Shown: in pieces, positions 25,480-32,000 of the stretch
Layout: the number at the start of each line of letters is the position of its first letter
How positions within the stretch are numbered: position 1 is the stretch's first letter
Source of the DNA: Halomicrobium mukohataei DSM 12286
GTDB lineage: Archaea > Halobacteriota > Halobacteria > Halobacteriales > Haloarculaceae
Assembly: GCF_000023965.1 (NCBI RefSeq)
Contig: NC_013202.1
Coordinates: 1,500,001-1,532,000, forward strand
Direction of reading: 5' to 3'
DNA: 32,000 bases
Translations under genes and position numbers: made by a program
The notes under the pieces: generated by a model
Told to the model about the DNA's origin: nothing
The model's input: the letters and a program-made list of their open reading frames with translations, nothing else
Databases searched by the model: none

Positions 25480-25983
25480 CTAGACCGGCCGGGCCCCGGC
25501 CGTCTGGCGTCTCCGAAACGCGTATCCAGCGAGTCCGAGCAGTCCGGCGATCAGGCAACCGCCGTAGACCGGGACGAAGACGACACCCTCCCGTAGCAAC
25601 GGATTTCCAGCGAGCGGAAAGAGCGGCCGGGCGTCTGCGTACAGCAGCGAGTCGAGGACGACGTGGGACCAGGTCCCGACGAATGAAGCCGCCAGCACCG
25701 GGCCGAGAGCGGTGGTCGGGGCCAACCGACCGGCGTCGAGCAACGACTGGACGCCGTCCGGTAGCGCGAACACGACGACGGTGAGCATCAGAGCGACGGC
25801 GGTCGCTCCGACGAACGTCGTCAGGACGCCGTGGACCGGTCCGTCGAGGGGGCCGAACACGACCAGTGCGGCCCGAACGTCGACGACGACACTGCCAGCC
25901 AGTACCGTCGGCAGATCGAGGAACCGATACAGGACGACACCGGCGAGTAGCGCCGGACCGAGGTGGAGGGGCGTGAGCGGCAT
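25480..25983 (-). CDS. Integral membrane protein, possibly of the membrane-bound metal-dependent hydrolase (YdjM/DUF457-like) type
   Basis: 167 aa and mostly hydrophobic. It starts MPLTPLHLGPA and contains WSHVVLDSLLY, which resembles the His/Asp motifs of that family. The family call is tentative. Confidence 0.6.
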   Translation of the reverse strand: MPLTPLHLGPALLAGVVLYRFLDLPTVLAGSVVVDVRAALVVFGPLDGPVHGVLTTFVGATAVALMLTVVVFALPDGVQSLLDAGRLAPTTALGPVLAASFVGTWSHVVLDSLLYADARPLFPLAGNPLLREGVVFVPVYGGCLIAGLLGLAGYAFRRRQTAGARPV

Positions 25984-26065
25984 CGGTTCGACGGAGTCGT
26001 CGCACTCACTTGACTGTGATGGCGTGGCGACGGGCTTTTGCCCGCAAGCGGCCTACGGACGTGCA

Positions 26066-26578
26066 ATGAGCGACGATTCGCCCGAGAGTGCAGCTAGTGC
26101 CTTCGAGAGCAACGGCGCGTTCGAGCCGACCGACGACGGCTATCGCGTGACGACGACTGCCTTCGAGGGCACCGTCGTCGCGGACGACGCGCCGAAGTGG
26201 CGCGTCGCCTACACCGTCACCGTCCGGGCTCCGACACTGTCCGCCGCGACCGTCGAGACGGTCGGCGACGCCGTCACAGACGGCTGGTTCGAGACGCTCG
26301 AACGCCGCCTCGAAGACGCTCCCAAAGCCACCCGGACGAGCGTCGAACTGGACGAGTTTGGAGTCGAACGCGACGGCGAGAGCGTCGTCGTCACCTACGA
26401 GTTCGAGCTGGGCAACGCCGACACCGCGGCCCGCGTGGCCAAGACCTTCGCCGAGTACGTCGAGGGCACCTACGTCGAGGGGGTCGTCCCCGGTTACGAG
26501 TACGAGGGCGCGGTCGCGGACCTCGTGAACCAGGCCCAGACCAACGGCGATGGCGGGGCCGGTGGGACGCCTTTGTGA
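26066..26578 (+). CDS. Acidic hypothetical protein
   Basis: I trimmed track ORF 25712-26578 to ATG 26066 (MSDDSPESAASAFESNGAFEP...). It has a typical haloarchaeal acidic composition. The upstream part overlaps the opposite-strand membrane gene. Confidence 0.7.
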   Translation: MSDDSPESAASAFESNGAFEPTDDGYRVTTTAFEGTVVADDAPKWRVAYTVTVRAPTLSAATVETVGDAVTDGWFETLERRLEDAPKATRTSVELDEFGVERDGESVVVTYEFELGNADTAARVAKTFAEYVEGTYVEGVVPGYEYEGAVADLVNQAQTNGDGGAGGTPL

Positions 26579-26585
26579 CTTCTAT

Positions 26586-26729
26586 CCACGCAAGCGTAGC
26601 GAGCGTGGTTCACTCCGAGCGCACCCGGAGGGTGCGACTCGGAGAGTGTTTGGAGACTAAAGTTTGCGAGGAGTGGTTCGAGCGCGCTCGGAGAGCGCGA
26701 CTCGAACCCGACGAAGTAAAGTTTAGTCT
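26586..26729. other. Cluster of three hairpins plus an outer stem, filling a convergent intergenic region
   Basis: H1 is CCACGC-(11 nt)-GCGTGG at 26586-26608. H2 is CACTCCGAGCGCACCC-gga-GGGTGCGACTCGGAGAGTG at 26611-26648. H3 is GGTTCGAGCGCGCTC-gga-GAGCGCGACTCGAACC at 26675-26708. The outer arms are AGACTAAA (26654-26661) and TTTAGTCT (26722-29). Confidence 0.3.
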
Positions 26730-26960
26730 TCAGTCCATCGCGATGTAGGTCTGGGTGTCCTCGACGCCCTCGATCTCCTGGATCTGTTTGGCGGCGATGT
26801 CTTTGACCTCGGCGGGCGTCTCGACGACGACCTTCGCGATGAAGTCTACGTCCCCGGCGACGATGTGAGCGGCCGTGACGCCGTCGATGGCTTCGATTTC
26901 GCCTTTGAGCCGGTCGGCGTCGCCGGTGTACACCTTGACCATCACGTAGGCGACGACCAT
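26730..26960 (-). CDS. Small Lrp/AsnC ligand-binding-domain (stand-alone RAM-like) protein
   Basis: I trimmed the ORF to ATG 26960: MVVAYVMVKVYTGDADRLKGEIEAIDGVTAAHIVAGDVDFIAKVVVETPAEVKDIAAKQIQEIEGVEDTQTYIAMD. It lies 1 nt downstream of trkA. Confidence 0.8.
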   Translation of the reverse strand: MVVAYVMVKVYTGDADRLKGEIEAIDGVTAAHIVAGDVDFIAKVVVETPAEVKDIAAKQIQEIEGVEDTQTYIAMD

Positions 26961-26961
26961 C

Positions 26962-27648
26962 TCAGGCACCCCCCACGGCGGCCGCGCGTCCGGTCTCGCC
27001 GACGACGATGCTGCGCACGTCTCCGAGCGCGTCGAAGTCCGCGAGGACGACGAGGTGGTCGCCGAGATCGAGTGTCTCGTCCTCGCCGGGCAGGTCCAGG
27101 GGCTCGTCGCGCTTGCCGAACGCGAGCAGTCGGGCGTTGGCTGGCAGTTCGAGTTCGCTGATGGAGTAGCCCCGCATCGGCGACTGCTCGGTGATGGTGA
27201 ACTCCACGAGCTGGAGGTTCTGATCGATGTCGGCGACGGCACGGATGTTCCCGCCCAGCAGGGCGTTCTTCGCGGCGATCGCACCCAGGCGCTCGGGGTA
27301 GATCACTTCGTCCACGTCGCCCGCGTACTTGCGGTAAATCTCCTCGCGGTAGTCCTCGTCGATGCGCATCACGGTCCGGCAGTCGAACTGTTTGGCGATC
27401 ATACAGGCTACGAAGTTGTCGTTGAGGTCGCCGGTCAGCGCGCCGAGTGCGTCCGCACGGTCGAGATCGGCGTCGTCGAGAATCGTCTCGACCGCACCGT
27501 CGCCCTCGATCACGTCGTGTCCCTCTTCGCGGGCACGCGCTACTTTCGTGGGGTCGTTCTCCACGAGGACCACGTCGTGCCCGCCGTCGTCGAGCACGCG
27601 AGCAGTCCGGAGTCCGACGCGACCGGCACCCACGATAACGAATCGCAT
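26962..27648 (-). CDS. trkA: Trk potassium-uptake system NAD-binding protein TrkA (TrkA-N + TrkA-C)
   Basis: The Rossmann motif is MRFVIVGAGRVGLRTA. A C-terminal TrkA-C-like segment follows: ITEQSPMRGYSISELELPANARLLAFGKRDE...GDHLVVLA. Confidence 0.9.
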   Translation of the reverse strand: MRFVIVGAGRVGLRTARVLDDGGHDVVLVENDPTKVARAREEGHDVIEGDGAVETILDDADLDRADALGALTGDLNDNFVACMIAKQFDCRTVMRIDEDYREEIYRKYAGDVDEVIYPERLGAIAAKNALLGGNIRAVADIDQNLQLVEFTITEQSPMRGYSISELELPANARLLAFGKRDEPLDLPGEDETLDLGDHLVVLADFDALGDVRSIVVGETGRAAAVGGA

Positions 27649-27699
27649 GGTAACGCTTACGAGTCGGGGGTGGATAAAGGTACCCCGTGGTCGTGACGA

Positions 27700-28500
27700 T
27701 CAGCTGTCCGCGTGTGCGAACACGAACGAACGCAGCAGCTTTCCGGCGAGCACCGCAGCCTGCCCGTCGTCGCGGTCGTTGACCTCGACCACGTCGAAGC
27801 CGACGGCGTGGGGTGCGACCGCCCGAACCACGTCGCGTAGCACACGTGGGGTCAGCCCGAACGGCTCTCTGGTACCGGTGCCGGGTGCGAAGCCCGGATC
27901 GGCGGCGTCGATGTCGAGCGAGCAGTACACCCGCTCGTCCTCGAAGTCGGGCTCCCAGTCCGCGACCGCGTCGGGCTCGACGACGGTCACGTCGGCCTCG
28001 CTCGCACGCTCCCACTCGCTTCGACAGCCGCTGCGGGCACCCAGAACGATCGCCCGGTCGGCGACGGCCAGCGCGTGGCGCGTGACGGTCGCGTGGCTCA
28101 GGGAGTTGCCGGCGTACTCTTCGCGGAGGTCGAGGTGGGCGTCGAGACAGCAAAACACGTCCGGATCGAGCGCCCGAACCCCGGCGACGGAGACGGTGTG
28201 TTCTCCGCCGACCAGGATCGGTATCGCCCCGTCGTCGGCGTAGTCCCGGACGGTGCCGCGGAGAAAGGCCAGATAGTCGGCCACGTCGTCGGTCGGACCG
28301 ATGTCGCCGTGGTCGGCGACGGCGAGCTCGGTGAACCGCTGGTCGGTCCGCCGATCGTAGTCCTCGAACGACTCGGCGTAGTGGCGGACGCGGCGCGGCC
28401 CGAAGCGCGTCCCGGGCTCGAACGTCGTCGAGGCGTCGAGTGGCGCACCGACGAGGACGTAGTCGGCCGCGTCGGGGTCTGTGGCCGCGCCAGGGAACAT
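27700..28500 (-). CDS. speB: Agmatinase (arginase/ureohydrolase family)
   Basis: Ureohydrolase metal-binding blocks are present: GGEHTVS, LDAHLDLR, SLDIDAADPGFAPGTGT. It lies immediately (1-nt gap) downstream of aIF5A, a conserved archaeal pairing. Confidence 0.85.
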   Translation of the reverse strand: MFPGAATDPDAADYVLVGAPLDASTTFEPGTRFGPRRVRHYAESFEDYDRRTDQRFTELAVADHGDIGPTDDVADYLAFLRGTVRDYADDGAIPILVGGEHTVSVAGVRALDPDVFCCLDAHLDLREEYAGNSLSHATVTRHALAVADRAIVLGARSGCRSEWERASEADVTVVEPDAVADWEPDFEDERVYCSLDIDAADPGFAPGTGTREPFGLTPRVLRDVVRAVAPHAVGFDVVEVNDRDDGQAAVLAGKLLRSFVFAHADS

Positions 28501-28501
28501 C

Positions 28502-28876
28502 TTAGACGATCTTGCGCTGTTCCTCGTACTCCAGGTACTCGATCTCGTCGTCGGGGTTGAGATCCTCGTCCTCGGGGATGCGCATCGTGAACGTGTCGTA
28601 GGTCTCTAAGTCCATCACCTGGGCGTCGTCGCCCGTGACGGAGACGACCTGCCCCTGCTTTCGCTGGATGATCGGCACCCAGATCTTCGCGTCGACGGGC
28701 TGGGAGAGCGAGCGCTTCTTGCCGTCGAAGACGCCTTTCCCGTCGATACGGGCCTTGGCACTGCCGTGCTTGCCCGGCTTGGCCGTGCTGTAGGCGGTGA
28801 TCTTGCAGGGCGTCTCTTCCATCATCACGTAGCTGCCCTCGTCGAGTTCGCGAACTTCGGTCTGCTGTCGTGGCAT
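28502..28876 (-). CDS. eif5a: Translation initiation factor 5A (aIF5A)
   Basis: The sequence reads [55 protein letters not shown]. The hypusine-loop motif [12 protein letters not shown] is present. Confidence 0.95.
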   Translation of the reverse strand: MPRQQTEVRELDEGSYVMMEETPCKITAYSTAKPGKHGSAKARIDGKGVFDGKKRSLSQPVDAKIWVPIIQRKQGQVVSVTGDDAQVMDLETYDTFTMRIPEDEDLNPDDEIEYLEYEEQRKIV

Positions 28877-28969
28877 ACGCCCGGATTATCCATGTGCGAG
28901 TATAAACGGTTTGGAATGGCGGCGGGAAAAATTACGGACGACGGGGATCAGAACGGACACATCGAGGAC

Positions 28970-29227
28970 TCACGGCTCGGCCGGCACCGGCTCGGGCGTC
29001 GTCGCGACGACACGATACACCGCGTAGACGCCCCAGACGATGAGTCCGAGGAGGATGATGTACGACCGAACTTCCAGCGGGACGAGCGCCTCGTGGACGA
29101 TCTGGCCCTCCCCGTCGACGGGGTGTCCGCTTCCGAAGAGCATTTCCAGCAGGCCGATGGCGACGACGCCGAACGTCACCTCTCGTCCCGACAGCCACAT
29201 GTCGATCTGTCCTGGCAAAAGTGTCAC
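28970..29227 (-). CDS. Small membrane protein (two hydrophobic segments), hypothetical
   Basis: The track start at 29227 is GTG; ATG 29200 (MWLSGREVTFGVVAIGLLEMLF...) is an alternative. The second TM is YIILLGLIVWGVYAVY. It does not overlap any better ORF. Confidence 0.45.
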   Translation of the reverse strand: MTLLPGQIDMWLSGREVTFGVVAIGLLEMLFGSGHPVDGEGQIVHEALVPLEVRSYIILLGLIVWGVYAVYRVVATTPEPVPAEP

Positions 29228-29278
29228 TCCGCTGCCCTGCTCAAAACAGGGGGAATAAACACACGGGGCGAAACGCGC

Positions 29279-30979
29279 TCACTCCTCGTCGGGGCCGTAG
29301 CTCGACGCGTAGCCGGCGTCGTCGGCCGACTCGCGCTGGCGCATGCTCTGTCGGGTGAACTGGGGTGTCGCACGCAGTCCTTTCGACCGACGAAAGGAGA
29401 GGTACGTGACGCCAGCGACCGCCAGCGTCCCGACGCCCGCGACAGCCGTCGCTTCGTCCGTCGAGGCGGCGTACAGCAGCGCCGTCGAGAGGGTTCCACT
29501 GGCGAGGATCATTCCGAGAATCAGCCGGCGGGTCATCCGTTCGAGGACGCCGTCAGAGTCCTCGATGTCGGCCCGGACGTGCAGGTCCTCGCGTTCGATC
29601 CGGTCGAGCGCGGACTCCAGTTTCGGCGGCACCCGGACCATCGACTCGGCGGCGTCCCGAACCTCGCCGGCCCGGTCTTGGGCGTACTGCTTCGCGCCGG
29701 CAGCGATGTGGCCCTCCTCACGGAGGTACTCCGTCGCGACCGTGATGAAGTCGAAGTCCGGGTCCAGCGTCACGCACACTCCCTCGACGACCGTGGCGAC
29801 GCGCAACACGAGTGCGAGGTTCGCCGGGAGTCGGAGCGGGAACTCGTAGATGGTGTCTTCGACCTGCTGGATGATCTGCTGGACGCGGTACTGTTCGAGG
29901 TCCTCGCCGCGGGCGTCGGCGATGGCCAGCTCCATCACCTCGCCCATCACCTGCCGGTCGGCCTCGGGGCTCAGCGTCCCCATCTCGATCAGTGCGTCGA
30001 GGATGGCGTCGATGTCCTGGCTCGCGACGGCCGCGTAGAAGTCGACGATCCGGTCCTGCACGAAGGGGTCGACCCGCCCGGACATCCCGAAGTCGTAGAA
30101 CACGAGCGTCCCGTCGGACTGCACTGCGAGGTTCCCCGGATGTGGGTCCGCGTGGAAGACGCCGTCGTCGATGATCATCTGGAGGTAGCTGCGCTGGAGC
30201 GTCTCGGCGAGTCGGGTCCGGTCGACCGACAGCTCGTCGAGTTCCTCCACGTCGTTGATCTTCGTTCCGGGGAGGTACTCCATGGTCAACACCCGGTTCG
30301 TCGAGTGAGTCTCGACGACGCCGGGGATGCGGATGCGGTCGTTGTCGGCGAAGTTGCCCCGTATCTCGGTGAGCATCTCCGCCTCCCGACCGTAGTCCAT
30401 CTCCTCGCGGATCGTCTTCGAGAACTCGTCGGCCAGCGTCTCCAGGGAGAACGAGCGCGTCTCGCCGACGAAGTACATCAGGATCGGGAGCGACCAGCGG
30501 ATCGCCCGCAGGTCGGCCTCGACGAGGTCCTCGATGCCGGGGCGTCGAATCTTCACCGCTACGGCATCGCCGTCGACCTCGGCGCGGTACACCTGGCCGA
30601 GACTGGCCCCGCTGATGGCCTCGTCCTCGAAGCCGTCGAACGCCTCGTCGACGGGACCGAGCTCGTCTTCGAGGACGGTCCGGGCCTCGTCCCAGGGCGC
30701 TGGCGGCACCCGATCTTGCAGCTGGGCGAACTCGTCGATGTATTCGGGCGGAAGGACGTCCGGCCGCGTCGACAGCAGCTGTCCCAGCTTGATGAACGTC
30801 GGTCCCAGCGTCAGCAGCGAGTCCAGCAGCCGGCCGGCGCGGCGACGGCGCTGTTCGGGAGTGACGTCTCTGGAGCGCCCGAACAGGAGAAATCGGTTCC
30901 GGTCCCGTGCGTAGGACAGCCCCAGCGGGAGGAAGTGACGAACGACGACGACGAACCGCCAGTAGGCGCGGAGATTCAC
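29279..30979 (-). CDS. ABC1/UbiB-family atypical protein kinase with C-terminal TM segments
   Basis: Family blocks seen: LGPTFIKLGQLLSTRPDVLPPEYIDEF..LQD, ASLGQVYRA, VAVKIRRPG, FHADPHPGNL. GTG start at 30979. Confidence 0.9.
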   Translation of the reverse strand: MNLRAYWRFVVVVRHFLPLGLSYARDRNRFLLFGRSRDVTPEQRRRRAGRLLDSLLTLGPTFIKLGQLLSTRPDVLPPEYIDEFAQLQDRVPPAPWDEARTVLEDELGPVDEAFDGFEDEAISGASLGQVYRAEVDGDAVAVKIRRPGIEDLVEADLRAIRWSLPILMYFVGETRSFSLETLADEFSKTIREEMDYGREAEMLTEIRGNFADNDRIRIPGVVETHSTNRVLTMEYLPGTKINDVEELDELSVDRTRLAETLQRSYLQMIIDDGVFHADPHPGNLAVQSDGTLVFYDFGMSGRVDPFVQDRIVDFYAAVASQDIDAILDALIEMGTLSPEADRQVMGEVMELAIADARGEDLEQYRVQQIIQQVEDTIYEFPLRLPANLALVLRVATVVEGVCVTLDPDFDFITVATEYLREEGHIAAGAKQYAQDRAGEVRDAAESMVRVPPKLESALDRIEREDLHVRADIEDSDGVLERMTRRLILGMILASGTLSTALLYAASTDEATAVAGVGTLAVAGVTYLSFRRSKGLRATPQFTRQSMRQRESADDAGYASSYGPDEE

Positions 30980-30997
30980 CGATGAGCCACCCCGTGA

Positions 30998-31354
30998 TCA
31001 GGCGTCCTCGACGGGGATCGTCGTCTCGGTCCCGACGCCGGCCTTCGGCAGTCTGAGTTCGAAGACGCCGCGGTCGATCGTCCCCTCGGCACCCGTCCCC
31101 GTCGCGTCTGGGGGAAGCGGGAGCTCTGCGTCCAGAAACAGCGAGCGGTCCTCCTCGACGTAGCGAAACTCCGAGCCCACGTCTTTCCCGCGCTGGGCCT
31201 CGATCACGATCGACCCTCCGTCGACGCTGACGTCGATCGTGTCGGCAGTGACGCCTGGAAGGTCGACGACCAGCAGGTAGGCGTCGTCCGATTCGAGCAC
31301 GTCGGCGAACACCGAGGCGGGGAGATCCCCCAGGGCGTCACGGAGCGCTGACAT
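30998..31354 (-). CDS. hsp20: Small heat-shock protein (Hsp20/alpha-crystallin family)
   Basis: I trimmed track ORF 30998-31996 to ATG 31354: MSALRDALGDLPASVFADVLESDDAYLLVVDLPGVTADTIDVSVDGGSIVIEAQR...GVFELRLPK. The remainder of the track ORF is antisense to moeA. Confidence 0.85.
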   Translation of the reverse strand: MSALRDALGDLPASVFADVLESDDAYLLVVDLPGVTADTIDVSVDGGSIVIEAQRGKDVGSEFRYVEEDRSLFLDAELPLPPDATGTGAEGTIDRGVFELRLPKAGVGTETTIPVEDA

Positions 31355-31459
31355 ACACGGTGCTTGGGAATGGTGGGCGAAAAAGGCCGCGGTCGCGGCC
31401 AGAAACGGTGCCGGGACGGACACGGCCGGACTTTTGTTCACGGCGTCGAACAGAGAGAC

Positions 31460-32000
31460 ATGACCGATTCTACAGGCGATCTGACGGCGATCGCCGACGC
31501 CCGCGACACGCTCACGACGCTGGTCGAGCCCATCGAACGCACCGACACCGTCCCGCTGTCGGTCGCGGAAGGGCGCGTGCTCGCCGAGGAGCTGGTGGCC
31601 CGCGAGAGCAGCCCGGCCGACGGGATTGCGGTCGACGACCGGCTCTTTGCCCGGGGCCACCGCCTGCGCTCGACGGATCTCGGGCTCCTGAAAGTGGCCG
31701 GCGTCGACGACGTACTCGCCGTCCAGCGCCCGACGGTCGGTATCGTTCCGACCGGCGACGAGCTCGTCCAGCGCGAGGCCGGCGCGGGCGAGCGCGTCGA
31801 GACGACGGCGTTTACGCTCTCCCAGCACGTCGACCGCTGGGGCGGGAAGGTGACCTACCGCGACACCGTCGGCGAGGACCGCCACGCGCTCCGGGCGGCG
31901 ATCCAGCGGGATCTGACCCGCGACGCACTGGTGGTGACCGGCGTGACGGCGGGCGATCCCGTCCACGAAGTCGTCGCGGACCTCGGGTCGATCCACGTCG
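31460..32000 (+). CDS. moeA: Molybdopterin molybdenumtransferase MoeA-like protein, 5' part; continues past the right edge
   Basis: Hand translation from ATG 31460 gives MTDSTGDLTAIADARDTLTTLVEPIERTDTVPLSVAEGRVLAEELVA...PTVGIVPTGDELV... The L..A.GRVLAE and V.V..TGDELV pattern is typical of MoeA N-terminal domains. There is no stop before the window end. Confidence 0.7.
   Translation, partial: MTDSTGDLTAIADARDTLTTLVEPIERTDTVPLSVAEGRVLAEELVARESSPADGIAVDDRLFARGHRLRSTDLGLLKVAGVDDVLAVQRPTVGIVPTGDELVQREAGAGERVETTAFTLSQHVDRWGGKVTYRDTVGEDRHALRAAIQRDLTRDALVVTGVTAGDPVHEVVADLGSIHV

Noticed and set aside
28766-30985. 739-aa plus-strand ORF
   Set aside because: It is antisense to the ABC1/UbiB kinase gene and overlaps the aIF5A 5' end. 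It has no motifs and an Arg/Asp/Val-rich shadow composition.
30998-31996. 332-aa minus-strand ORF
   Set aside because: Only the last 118 codons (from ATG 31354) form the Hsp20 domain. The upstream 214 codons are antisense to the MoeA-like gene.

Overview
The window is a high-GC haloarchaeal-type chromosome segment. Evidence: acidic proteins, a Tat/lipobox substrate-binding protein, aIF5A, a fused siroheme decarboxylase and a HalX-type response regulator. My hand count of line 7021-7080 gives 42/60 G+C.

The left ~5 kb is compositionally foreign. Hand counts there are 23/60 at 301-360, 30/60 at 1081-1140 and 28/60 at 4441-4500. This low-GC island contains:
- the 5' end of an IS5/ISH8-like transposase gene at the window edge;
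- a three-gene module: a 114-aa protein ending in two PCNA-interacting-peptide-like motifs, followed by two tandem paralogous zinc-ribbon + radical-SAM (SplB/COG1533-like) proteins;
- a convergent RHH/RelE toxin-antitoxin pair;
- a possible 52-aa ORF;
- a low-GC multi-pass membrane protein.

The island ends exactly at an 85-bp self-complementary MITE-like element. This lies ~450 bp from the 3' end of tRNA-Ile(GAU). A second, inverted copy of the element lies 13.2 kb away and supplies the last four codons and the stop of an MFS transporter gene.

The rest of the window looks like ordinary core genome:
- FxsA-like protein, DUF255 thioredoxin-domain protein, TrmB regulator, GTP cyclohydrolase MptA;
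- HalX response regulator, AhbA/B-type siroheme decarboxylase, TrpD-like phosphoribosyltransferase;
- alpha/beta hydrolase, SAM methyltransferase, TrkA-N membrane protein, cyclophilin, ferredoxin-like protein;
- a five-gene Opp/Dpp-type ABC importer and tRNA-Leu(UAA);
- TrkA plus a small Lrp-like protein, agmatinase-aIF5A, an ABC1/UbiB kinase, Hsp20 and the start of MoeA.

I found no rRNA, CRISPR array or integrase. The best candidate for an undescribed system is the PIP-box protein plus dual radical-SAM module at 337-3365. All family calls come from reading motifs and from memory; no searches were run.
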